Of a stretch of DNA of 64,000 bases, positions 1 through 10,579 are shown in pieces. Every line of letters starts with the position of its first letter. The stretch's first letter is position 1. Source of the DNA: Histomonas meleagridis 2922-C6/04-290x (taxonomy: Eukaryota; Protista; Parabasalia). The stretch lies in assembly GCA_020184695.1 (NCBI GenBank), contig JAANOX010000243.1, positions 372,001-436,000 of the forward strand, in the 5' to 3' direction. The position numbers and the translations under genes were made by a program. The notes under the pieces were generated by a model that had not been told where the DNA came from, made no database searches, and saw only the letters and a list, made by a program, of their open reading frames with translations.

Positions 1-1793
1 TTAGTCAAAAATGTACAATCAGGAAATGCACATTCAGAAATTATTTTAACTGAGTTAGAAATTGTTAATGTTTTTATTCTTTTACAACTACCAAATGCAA
101 AAACAGGAATTACTGTTATTGAAGAAGGAATTGTAACATAACTTAAAACAGTACAATTATAAAATGAATATTCTCCAAATTGTTTAATTGAATTACTGAA
201 ATAAATAGTCTTTGATTTACTACAACAAGAAAATGCATAATTATCAATTATTGTAACTGGATTAGGAACATTATAAGAAGTTCCTTTAGCTATTGGGAAA
301 CAAATAATTTTATTAATTTCATAATCATAAAGAACTCCATCGCCAACATAATTAGCATAATATTTATTTGTTTGTGCAACATCAATAGTTTTTAATGAGA
401 AACAATATCGAAATACATATTCACCAATTGTTTTAACTGTTTCTGGTATTTTAATACTTTTTAATGAATCGCAATATTCAAATGCATTTTTACCAATTGT
501 TTCAATCGAATTACCGAATGTAACTGAATATAAATTAGAACAATGACTAAATGCATAAGGTTCAATTGTAATAAGTGAATTTGAAAGAGTTAAATATTTT
601 ATTTTAGCATTATAAAATGCATAACTTTTAATTGTTTCTGTGGTATCTGCTATTGATACTGTCCCAACTCGTGCTGGTGGAAATTGAATTAATTCTTTAA
701 AGTTATAATCATAAAGAATAACTCCATTTTCTACCTTTCGGAAATATTTGTTTTCTTCAGAGACTATAATCGATTGTAATTTAACACAGCCTTCAAATAC
801 TTTTTCTTGGATTTCTGAAACTGTTTTACCAATTATAATTTTTGTGATTTTACTACAGCCATAAAATGCTTCACGACAAATTGTTGTAATTGGTTCAGTA
901 ATATTAACTATCTTTAATCGAATACAATCTGCAAAAGCTGATTCAGAAATAGAATTAAGTGAATTACCAAATGTAATACTATTTAAGTATTGACAATTAC
1001 GAAACACATTAGGGCCAATCGATTTAACTGTGTTTGGAAGTGTAATTTCAAATAATGATTTACAATCGAGAAATGCAGATGCACCAATGGAAATTATTGA
1101 TTCACTAAACTCAAGATTTCGTAAATAAAGACAGTGTTCAAAGACTGAGTCCCCAATAGTTACGACTGAATTTGGAATTGTTACATTTTCCAAATTATAA
1201 CATCTTTGAAATGTATAATTTTCAAGTGTTTTAATCCCATATGGCAGAGTAATGACATCAATTAGACATGATGAAAATGCTGAAATTCCAATTGTAGTTA
1301 CTGCTCTTGGAATTTCAAAATTTTTTAAACTCGTACCTGAAAATGCATAATCACCAATTGTTGTTATGGGACCCAAGATCTCAACACTTGTTAAGCCACT
1401 TTCATAAAATGCTGAATTGGGAATTACAGTGATTGATTTTGGAATTGTGATGCTCTTTAATGAGGAACACTTACAAAATACATATTCACCAATTGATGTA
1501 ACCGAGTCGGGTATTGTAAGCTTCTCTAAAGAAGAACACCCATAAAATGCATTGTTTCCAATTGATGTAATTGAACCTTCTATATAAAAAGAGGTAAGAG
1601 ACTGCCACTCATAAAATGCATCAGACTTAATTTCTTGAATATCTTGTTCCATGGTAATGCAATTATATCCAGCATTATCAAAATCTACTCTACTAATTGT
1701 TTTGCTTTTACTAATAGAATAACATTTTTCATTAAAATTAACTGCTGCGTCTTGGCTTAAAGAATTTATTCCAACCAGTAAGAACAGAAGCAT
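1..1793 (-). CDS. BspA-like leucine-rich-repeat surface protein, 3'-partial (runs off the window start)
   Basis: Not in the ORF track because it has no stop in the window. ATG at 1793 gives MLLFLLVGINS (signal-like), then many TpLRR/BspA repeats (e.g. ITIPDSVTSIGEYVFCKCSSLKSITIP, IGKNAFEYCDSLKSIKIPETVKTIGEYVFRYC). Frame spot-checked at 1793, 1412 and 5. Confidence 0.92.
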   Translation of the reverse strand, partial: MLLFLLVGINSLSQDAAVNFNEKCYSISKSKTISRVDFDNAGYNCITMEQDIQEIKSDAFYEWQSLTSFYIEGSITSIGNNAFYGCSSLEKLTIPDSVTSIGEYVFCKCSSLKSITIPKSITVIPNSAFYESGLTSVEILGPITTIGDYAFSGTSLKNFEIPRAVTTIGISAFSSCLIDVITLPYGIKTLENYTFQRCYNLENVTIPNSVVTIGDSVFEHCLYLRNLEFSESIISIGASAFLDCKSLFEITLPNTVKSIGPNVFRNCQYLNSITFGNSLNSISESAFADCIRLKIVNITEPITTICREAFYGCSKITKIIIGKTVSEIQEKVFEGCVKLQSIIVSEENKYFRKVENGVILYDYNFKELIQFPPARVGTVSIADTTETIKSYAFYNAKIKYLTLSNSLITIEPYAFSHCSNLYSVTFGNSIETIGKNAFEYCDSLKSIKIPETVKTIGEYVFRYCFSLKTIDVAQTNKYYANYVGDGVLYDYEINKIICFPIAKGTSYNVPNPVTIIDNYAFSCCSKSKTIYFSNSIKQFGEYSFYNCTVLSYVTIPSSITVIPVFAFGSCKRIKTLTISNSVKIISECAFPDCTFLT

Positions 1794-1828
1794 TGGAAAC
1801 AAATTAGATCTGATTGAGGGGTTAACCC

Positions 1829-1886
1829 TGCATTCAATTTGTTGATTAGACGGTTGTTTGCATTCAATTTTTTAACTAAACGGTTA
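1829..1886. promoter_or_regulatory. Tandem ~30-bp duplicated promoter module with RRCSGTTD (M3-like Myb) sites upstream of the BspA gene
   Basis: TGCATTCAATTT...ACGGTT occurs twice (GACGGTTG 1849-1856, AACGGTTA 1879-1886). It matches the T. vaginalis M3 core-promoter consensus. Confidence 0.5.
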
Positions 1887-2405
1887 TTTTTACATCGCCG
1901 ACATTATAACTATGACGAAAATTTTAATAATATTACCACAAAATAAATCATAAACAATTTAATAATAAAATGGCCTAAAAAAATGAATTTCTTACAAAAC
2001 AGAAATTACTATCGTACATTAGCACAAAATTTTACAAAGAAGTAACCAAAGGATGGCTTGCTGGATTCTTTGAAAATCGGTTTTGCAAAAGCAATTCCTC
2101 GAGAAAACACAAAATTAAGTGTACAAAGAGAATTTGGGGATGCCGAGCGTGGCTTCCCCAATTCAGAGGAAACCTCTCAATTTTTCAATTAATTCAATTT
2201 TCAATAAACGATAACTATGAATTTTGAATATATCTGAAATTTCTTAATGTTATGACAAGATAAATTGAATGAATTCATTTTTCAATCAACGATACCTATC
2301 GTTTTATTCTTGAATCATTTGTATTTTGTTTTAAAATGTGACTTTATTCATAATAAGCATGATATACACGTTAGCAACATACTAACAATGAAAAAACATT
2401 TTTAT

Positions 2406-2473
2406 ACATGAAATATATGATATGCACACATGAAATATATGATGTGCACACATAAAATATATGATATGCACAT
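2406..2473. repeat. 22-bp subterminal tandem repeat, left arm of the Merlin element (~3 copies)
   Basis: ACATGAAATATATGAT(A/G)TGCAC repeated; reverse complement of the array at 3901-4017. Confidence 0.85.
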
Positions 2474-2936
2474 ATTAACAATGAAATATCATAATCATAC
2501 AGATAATATGATGGAATAAAAACATAATTAAAATGTGATATCAATCATTGAATATATTGAATTCGAATTGAATTTTTCAATCAAGATCATTCAATTATTT
2601 GTGAGTAACCGTCACATATAATTTTCTATTTCGAATTTATGTTTTGTAGCTATAGGATAAATAACATACTCCGATTTTGATATATTCTAATCTATTAGTA
2701 GAATATGATATATTTACTATGTTTTCAACTTGAAAGAATAAACTATGTATCAAAATCGATTTATCTGTTGAATTTCTGAAACTATATAATTATCTCAAAA
2801 ATTGTGTCTAAACGTCATGCATTTGCAAATATTTGTATGTTAACGTCTCTTTTCGCATTTAAAGTAGAAATATTGAAAGAAATTGTTAGATACTTAATTT
2901 TGCGTTTAACGTATATAGTTCAATATCATTTTATCA

Positions 2937-3803
2937 ATGATGAATATTTATATCGGAAGCTTGGACTTCAACGAAATATTGCGACTTATTCACAACAATG
3001 TCCCTGCTATTGAAATCGCCATTCACTATGGTATTGTTCAAAATTCAAATATGCTCAGAATGTGCCCAAAATGTAACAGTTTTATGACATTTTATCCACA
3101 TGAAATATTCTACCGATGTCGGAATCGAAAATGCGATTGTCATCTTTCTATTTGGCATCCTCTCCCCAGAAACAATGGAAAAATTAATGACAGTGAGTTC
3201 TACCTTGTTTATGCATGCTTCTGTATGGATTATCCAATTCATATAGCTGCATCAATAATAATAGGGATTAGTGATGATGCATGTTCGCATTATTATCAGA
3301 AGTTCAGAGAACAAGCAGTACTAAAAATCATTTATGAAATGAGTAATTTCCCCCTTGGCTCAATTGTTCAAGTTGATGAATCTCTTTTCACCAAAAGAAA
3401 AGATAACAAAGGGAGGAAAGTCTCGCCAATATGGGTTTTTGGAGCATGCGAAGCTATTAAAGGAGGTAAATGCTACTTTACCATTGTTCCTGAAAGAGAT
3501 ATACAAAATCTAGAAAGATGTATAGGACAATGGGTAAACGTAGGCTCGACAGTGATTTCTGATCAATGGGGAGGTTATATTGATTTACAAAGAAAAAAAT
3601 ATTTCCATTTCACTGTAAATCATAGTAAGAATTTTGTTGATCCAATTACCAAAGTTCATACTTAAAGGATTGAATCAATGTGGAGTGCTGTAAAGCAATG
3701 GAAAAGAATTCATAAGTACAAAGATCGTATTTATTTAGAAGATTACATTAATGAATTTTGCTACCGCTATAATCACAAAAGTGATTTACTTACTTCCATA
3801 TGA
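2937..3803 (+). pseudogene. Merlin/IS1595 DDE transposase interrupted by one premature TAA (3663-3665)
   Basis: CPKC..CRNRKC zinc-ribbon, VQVDESLF, WVFG, VISDQWGGY, TVNHSKNFVDP..VHT*RIESMWS..K, YINEFCYRYN; the in-frame tail ends TGA 3801-3803. The stop sits where the family usually has Q/N (HTQ/HTNxIE). Confidence 0.9.
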
Positions 3804-3900
3804 AATTTATATCATCAAAAATAACATAATTAAATATCATTTTAATGATAAATAATTGTAATGATATGGATTTGATATTAATATTTAAGATGTTGATTAT

Positions 3901-4017
3901 TTCATGTGTGCACATCATATATTTCATGTGTGCATATCATATATTTCATGTGTGCACATCATATATTTCATGTGTGCATATCATATATTTCATGTGTGCA
4001 TATCATATATTTCATGT
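3901..4017. repeat. 22-bp subterminal tandem repeat, right arm of the Merlin element (5 copies plus partial)
   Basis: TTCATGTGTGCA(C/T)ATCATATAT with period 22 (C at 3903, 3925, 3947, 3969, 3991, 4013). Confidence 0.9.
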
Positions 4018-4410
4018 ATAAAAATGTTTTTTCATTGTTAGTATGTTGCTAACGTGTATATCATGCTTATTATGAATAAAGTCACATTTTAAAACAAAAT
4101 ACAAATGATTCAAGAATAAAACGATAGGTATCGTTGATTGAAAAATGAATTCATTCAATTTATCTTGTCATAACATTAAGAAATTTCAGATATATTCAAA
4201 ATTCATAGTTATCGTTTATTGAAAATTGAATTAATTGAAAAATTGAGAGGTTTCCTCTGAATTGGGGAAGCCACGCTCGGCATCCCCGAGAATTTTTGGA
4301 TGAACATATAGAAATAATAACTGTGTAATCATAATATATAAAAGTTAGAAAATGAAAAGTGACATTATTAATATAATAGTAGTTCAAACTCGACTTGCTA
4401 TTTCCACCCA

Positions 4411-4512
4411 TCGTATATAGCAATCATCCTATGATCTTGATATTATTTATATACAATATATATTAATAGTTTCATCTATGATTAATATAAATCTGAGGAT
4501 AATATCATGATT
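4411..4512. repeat. ~100-bp dispersed intergenic repeat, second copy at ~7120-7209
   Basis: TCGTATATAGC(A/G)ATCATCCTA(T/C)GATCTTGAT at 4411 and 7120, with colinear similarity downstream. Confidence 0.7.
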
Positions 4513-4635
4513 AGCACGAGATAAATTTATTTTTTTATTCCAAAAAGTGACAATGATCGACTTTTGCATGGTTTATACCAAACGATAGCAACAACGATAA
4601 GTGACGATAGGAGCGAATTTGAACGATAATAAATA

Positions 4636-6351
4636 CAGTTAGGAATTTAAACGTGTCCCAGGAATCAAAGTGGTCCCATACGTTAAAATACGTTAATAAA
4701 TAATCTTTAATAAAACCTCATTTTTCTCAATGTCAACATTGGTATTTCTCAAAGATTTACTCGATCATTATTAAGGAATCCAGACTTTATGAACTTAGAA
4801 TATAAAAATCATCAGCTTTGTATTCTCTACAAATATGCATCTGAATTCGATGATGTTACTTTCACTATTAATCAACTAGCATTCGTCTTTAATATGTGCC
4901 GTAAAACGGTATCTAGAAGTATTTCAAACGGCCCACAAGATCCGAAATCTTTAGGTCGACATAGAGCATTAGATGAAGATAAAGAAGAAATAATTGTTCA
5001 AGCAATTATTAATTCATCTAATAAAACTCATGCAATGACCCAAAGGCAGTTATTATCTATTATCAAAAAAAATATGATTAATCTTTAACATAGGGATGGA
5101 TAAATCAATTTTATCTTAGAAATATAGATAAAATTAAAAAATGTAAATCACTTCCTCAAGAAGACACAAGAATGACAGTTCCTAGAGAGCATTTAAGAGA
5201 ACACTTCCAAAACATGCATAAACATGTGGATGGAAGGTTAACAGAATTAGTTTTTATTTCAGATGAAGTAGGAACTTCATCTTGGGAAGATCGAAAATCG
5301 ACAAAAGTTTTCGTTGATGCTAAAATTAACTCAAACAATGTTCATCAATCTTCAACAAGAAAAGTAACTCATATGACACTCCTTACATGTGTTTCAGCAG
5401 CAGGTGATGCTCTTACTTCCATGTTAATAACCAAACACTTATATAGTGATGATTTATGAATAAACGGTTTACGACAAAATGAAAATGTAATGATTCGTAT
5501 TCGAAATCCACCTTACGTTGATTCTGAGTTATTTAATGAATATATTAACGATGTATTGATTCCATATGTCAAATGTGTAAGAGAAAAATATGAAGTTGAT
5601 AAGTATGAAGCAATTTTATTAATGGATTCATTTGGTGCGCATTGTAACGTTGATGTTTAGAAAGTTCTAGGAGAAAATGAAGTAATTGTTATATGTTTTC
5701 ATTTTCATACCACAAACATTTTTCAAGCCCTTGATTTGTCATTATTTGGCGTTTTTAAAAAGATCAAAAATATTGTTGAAGATGAAGAAAGCCAAAAAAT
5801 GGTAGAAAATGCAATTATTGTCATATTAAAGGCATACGAGCAGAACACAACACCATCTAACATTCGTGGGGTTTTCAGAAGGGCAGGAATAAGTACTAAA
5901 ACTGTTGCTGGTGAGAGAGTTGTTGAATTTGTTGCCCAAGAGCTGGTTTCGAATCCGGGATTTCATGGACTTTGAAATTTTAATATAAAAATCGATGAAG
6001 TCAAAAAAAAGGCAACACAAATTCGGCATCGTGAATTCTAAATACAATTTACCTGGTTGTACTTTAATTAGCAACGAAACTCCAAAATATGGAGATGAAG
6101 ATGGAATAAATAAACTTTTGCAACAAAAATTAAATTGCATATTTTTACTCATTTATATGAGATATTATAGTTTAAATATATATTTATACTTAAAAGAATA
6201 ATTTAAATCATTTGTATAAATATTAATTATTAAAACCAATAAATAAATGAGATATTTATGTTTGTTTCAAATTTTTGTCAGGAATTTCTGGATCTAAGTG
6301 AAAACGTATGGGACGACTTTAATTCATGGGACACGTTTAAATCCCTAACTG
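4636..6351 (+). mobile_element. pogo/Tc1-mariner-superfamily DNA transposon, decayed, 1716 bp
   Basis: ~50-bp TIRs (CAGTTAGGAATTTAAACGTGTCCCAGG... / ...TGGGACACGTTTAAATCCCTAACTG) flanked by TA at 4634-4635 and 6352-6353. Internal DDE_1-type transposase fragments. Confidence 0.88.
4789..5975 (+). pseudogene. pogo-type (HTH plus DDE_1) transposase pseudogene
   Basis: Fragments in several frames: HTH-like TINQLAFVFNMCRKTVSRSI, FISDEVG, HMTLLTCVSAAGDAL, ILLMDSFGAH, TTNIFQALDLSLFGVFKK. Multiple stops and frameshifts. Confidence 0.82.
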
Positions 6352-6429
6352 TATTATCAAAATTTTACTATTTCCTCGAAAAGATACGTTATTTATTTAC
6401 ATCATTGTAATATGTCAACAGCCAAATTA

Positions 6430-6660
6430 AATGATTCTCGGGTTGTTAAGAAACAAAAATTTTATATTTATTTCATAGAATCGTGATTTGTTATTCATTC
6501 CGAATAATTATATGAAATCTTGATTTTCTTGAATTTATGAATTTATTGAAAAAAATGAATGATGTGATAATTTTCGTAATACCTTAATGAAGTACGAATT
6601 TAACCTGATTAATAGTTTATAATCAATAAAATAGTTTCTGTATGAGTCCATTCTTGAGAT
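6430..6660. repeat. ~220-bp dispersed intergenic repeat, second copy at ~12820-13040 (short piece also ~16520)
   Basis: Shared blocks AATAATTATATGAAATCTTGATTTTCTTGAA and TTAACCTGATTAATA...ATCAATAAAATAGTTTCTGT. Confidence 0.75.
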
Positions 6661-7419
6661 ATCTTGGTACAAACTAAATATTTTTTTCTGAACAAAACGA
6701 TTCTTGATCATTGAATTTCTTTGATGATTTTTTTTTATTTATTTTTATTTTTGTATTTTAGCAAAATGTTCAATTTTATTGAATAAATATCTATACAAAT
6801 GCAATTTGCAAATTATCTTAAAAAAAACTGAATTGAGATACATTTATCGATTCCTTTTATCTCATATTACTCGTGTGCTTTCAAATTTCAAATATATTAC
6901 ATTTTTCAATTTATTGTACATTTTATGTAATGATGTTGATTTCTCTATTTTTCCGAATATGATTCAATACCACGGTTTCTTGAGCAAGCTTTATTCTAAA
7001 ATTGTCTTTGAGCACGATACGAGCTGATTGAGTGATTTTTATTCGTTCACTAATTCAAATTTGACTTCGAACCGCTTGAACATGTAAAATGATATTAATG
7101 ATCTATAATCGGATTATAATCGTATATAGCGATCATCCTACGATCTTGATGTATTTATAAATACATGGTGCATTTATGATTAATAAAAAACTAAGAATAA
7201 TATCTTGATCTATTAAGTAATTAAAAACTCAGAAATTATTTGGGTAATGATGAAATATTACTTATTTTATTTGATTATATATAATCTTGATATTAAATTC
7301 TTTTCAGATCTATCGAAAATATTAATAAGCTCAAAAAATTTCAAATGTATTGATGGCATATTAATGTAATTGTCGTATATAAGTTATTTTTGATATGTGT
7401 GAATGTGTCTTATTTGAAA

Positions 7420-7935
7420 TTTATTTTAATAATTTTATATTTCAAAATAATATTTGGAAATTATTCAAATTATTTAGAACAGCACTTATTTGGGCATCTT
7501 GGAATGGTTATACTAAAATAGTTAAATTACTTCTTGAACAAGAAAAAATTGATATTAATGCTAAAAATATTTATTTGTTATATTTGAAATTTATTTTGAT
7601 AATTTTATTTTTCAAAATAATATTCGGAAATTATTTAAATTATTTAGGACAGCACTTATTTTAGCATCTGATGAAGGTTATACAGAAATAGTTAAATTAC
7701 TTCTTGAACAAGAGAATATTGATATCAATGCTAAAGATATTTTATTGTTTTATTTAAAATATTTTGAAATAATATGAAATTTCATATAAACATTCGGAAT
7801 TACTTATAAACATATAAAACAGCGCTTATGATAGCATCAGAAAAGAAAAATGCAGAAATTATTCGATTATTTGCAGACAAAATTCAACATCATAAATGTG
7901 ACGACATAATAAAATTAAAAGATTCTCAAAAATAA
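7420..7935 (+). repeat. Orphan interrupted-ankyrin array: two 170-nt units plus an insert-free terminal module ending TAA 7933-7935
   Basis: ACA-GC(A/G)-CTT (TAL) starts at 7479, 7649 and 7819 (period 170). No N-terminal domain upstream. Confidence 0.85.
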
Positions 7936-8670
7936 AAGAGTTAATATTTAAATATTGAAATAAACATTTCCTAAATTCAGTTTGTTTTCATATATTATTA
8001 TTAACGCATTTCATCTGATTAATATTATTATTATATGAATCAAAATTTGATAAATATAATATTTTATATCATATTTCATTGTATGATTTTCATATAATTT
8101 GATGATAATTTTTGTGAAAAAAATGATGAAAAATTCATAACAACAAAAAATTAAATAGTATTCATAGTATTATTTACTCTTAATATTTAATGGAAATCTA
8201 TTGAGTACACCTTATTATTTTTAGTCCCATAATACAAAATATTTGTATGGAATCGTACCAGCTACCCTTTTGATCATTGATCACTTTTTTTTCTTTCCGA
8301 TCAGAGATTTTGAGTAAAATTTTATCGAAAACTACCTAAAAGTGGCATTTTTTACGTGCTTATGATCATTGATCATCCATTTTTTTCACTCGACTTTTTG
8401 TAAATTTTACATAACGATAGTAACGATATTGTATAGTTTATGCTTTCAAATTTTTTCTCGATAAGTGACACTTTACGCCAAGTGAAATGGAATTAGAAAA
8501 ATTGAATGTGATAATTGTCGTTTCGCATTGATCAAAATTGAATGAAAAAAATCAATTCAAAAAATCATCTTGTAAATAATTAATGAAACAAAAAGAAATT
8601 ATCAATTTTAATCGGGAATACGAAATGTATTAAAAAATTCATGACACGAACGGAATTAGAATCGATGATT

Positions 8671-9276
8671 TTACTCAATGTTACAGGCTTCTTTTTGTTG
8701 TTTCGATTTCGATTTATTTTTCTTTCCTTTTTTGTTTCCATTCCCACCTTTTGTTTCTTTATTTGGATATTTGGCATGAATAGTTTTTTGTATGATATCT
8801 TCAAAAGTTTCCCTAACATCGAAACACGTCAAGGAAGAAACTTCATGAAATGATGCTCCAAGTTTTTGTGCAATAGCTTCACCTTCTGATTGGCTGACTG
8901 CACGTCTCTCTTCTCCAAAATCACATTTAGTACCACACACAACAAAAGGCACACTGAAATCACCTTTTGCACTCATTATTAAACTGTAAAAATCTTGAAC
9001 ACTTTGAAAAGAATATTGATCATCAATAGCATATAAAAGTAAAAATCCATCGCCTTCCCTTGCAAACGAGGTCCACAGTGGCTTAAAGTCTTCTTGGCCA
9101 GGAATGTCGAAAAGTTTTACTTTAATTGTTTGATTTCCAACATTGATCTCCTTTTGATAACAAGTTTTTTGAATTGTTGGGTCATAGTCAGTAATAAAGT
9201 AACCTTCTACGTATTGTTTTACCAGTGCAGTTTTCCCAACTGCCCCAAGGCTGAACTCAAAAATGGAAACTTCCAT
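8671..9276 (-). CDS. Ras-family small GTPase with CaaX tail (likely start Met at 9276)
   Basis: SLGAVGKT (G1, atypical), YDPTI (G2), DIPGQE (G3), TKCD (G4), EVSS (G5), polybasic tail plus CNIE. Confidence 0.9.
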   Translation of the reverse strand: MEVSIFEFSLGAVGKTALVKQYVEGYFITDYDPTIQKTCYQKEINVGNQTIKVKLFDIPGQEDFKPLWTSFAREGDGFLLLYAIDDQYSFQSVQDFYSLIMSAKGDFSVPFVVCGTKCDFGEERRAVSQSEGEAIAQKLGASFHEVSSLTCFDVRETFEDIIQKTIHAKYPNKETKGGNGNKKGKKNKSKSKQQKEACNIE

Positions 9277-9759
9277 ATGAATTTTACAAGAACGATGAAT
9301 TTTGATTGAAAATTTAATACGCATTGAAAATTGAAAGACTTTAATATATTGAAAACTGCAAAAAACAATGGACTCATATAAACGGGTTTATTCCACTCAA
9401 AAATTGTGTAAAATTGACAGGATTGTGGGGTTTCGCAACGTTGCAAAAAAAGATCACGACGAAACTATCGAATTGAAAAATGAATGTTAATACGAACTAT
9501 TGTGAAACTTAATCACAAAAAAAAAAAAAAATAAAAACGAATTATCGATAAAAAATTATTGTTAAGATTTCTTAGATATGAATTTATTCTAAGCAAGCAC
9601 ATAAACAGAAACAAGTAAATCTTCTAAAGTATAGATTTAAAATTTCTAATAAAGATGTTTATATTACATATGATATATTTTCTATTACAAATTATTTTAT
9701 TTATAGTTGAAGAATATATATTTTAACCTTTTGGATGAAGTTCAAAATATTTTTTATAT

Positions 9760-10575
9760 AATGTTTAAGAATTAACTCTAATATTTTTTTGTTTCTTGAA
9801 GCATATGTAAAAACTGTTTGAAATTATTTAAATGATTTTTAAATAGAATTTCAAAATAAAAAATTATTAAAATAAATATTAAATAAAAACGATGGACATC
9901 TTTAGCATTGATATTAATTATTTCATGTTCAAGAAGTAATTTTACTATTTTGTCCTCGTTATATGAAGCTGAAAGCATAAGAGCTGTTTGAAATTGTATA
10001 TATAAATGCCAAATATTATTTTGAATTTATAAATTATTAAAATAAACATCAAATAAAGCAATTGAGAATTTTTAACATTAATATCAATTCCTTTATGTTC
10101 AAGAAGTAAATTAGCGATATAAGTATTTTGCGTTGATGCATAGATAAGTGCTGTTTCGCATAATGTAAATAATTTCCAAATATTGTTTTGAAATATAAAA
10201 TTATAAAAACAAATATTAAATCAAACAAATAAATATTTTTAGCATTAATATCAATTCCTTCATGTTCGAGAAGTATTTTGACTATTTCTGTATGACCTTC
10301 TGAAGATGCATTCATAAGTGCTGTCCTAAATAATTTAAATAATTTCCAAATATTATTTTGAAAAATTAAATTATTAAAACAAATATTAAATCAAACAAAT
10401 AAATATTTTTAGCATTAATATCAATTCCTTCTTGTTCAAGAAGTAATTTAACTATTTTTTTATGACCATTTTCAGTTGCATACATAAGTGCTGTATTAAA
10501 TAATTTAAATTATTTCCAAATATTATTTTGAAATAAAAAATTATAAAAACAAATATAATTATAATTATAAAAATT
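9760..10575 (-). repeat. Interrupted-ankyrin array on the minus strand, 5'-truncated
   Basis: TAL-type module starts at 10494, 10324, 10154, 9987 and 9817 (spacings 170, 170, 167, 170). Confidence 0.85.
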
Positions 10576-10579
10576 AACG

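Larger units (their letters stand above)
2136..4287 (+). mobile_element. Merlin (IS1595-like) DNA transposon, 2152 bp
   Basis: ~330-bp TIRs begin GGGGATGCCGAGCGTGGC (2136) and end GCCACGCTCGGCATCCCC (4287). Exact 8-bp TSD GAGAATTT at 2128-2135 and 4288-4295. Internal IS1595-type transposase and subterminal 22-bp tandem repeats. Confidence 0.93.

Noticed and set aside
6779-7027. 82-aa ORF and similar AT-rich intergenic ORFs (8580, 12597, 21098, 29867, 45576)
   Set aside because: Low-complexity F/I/L/K/N composition and no recognisable family; 29867 is simply the TIR.
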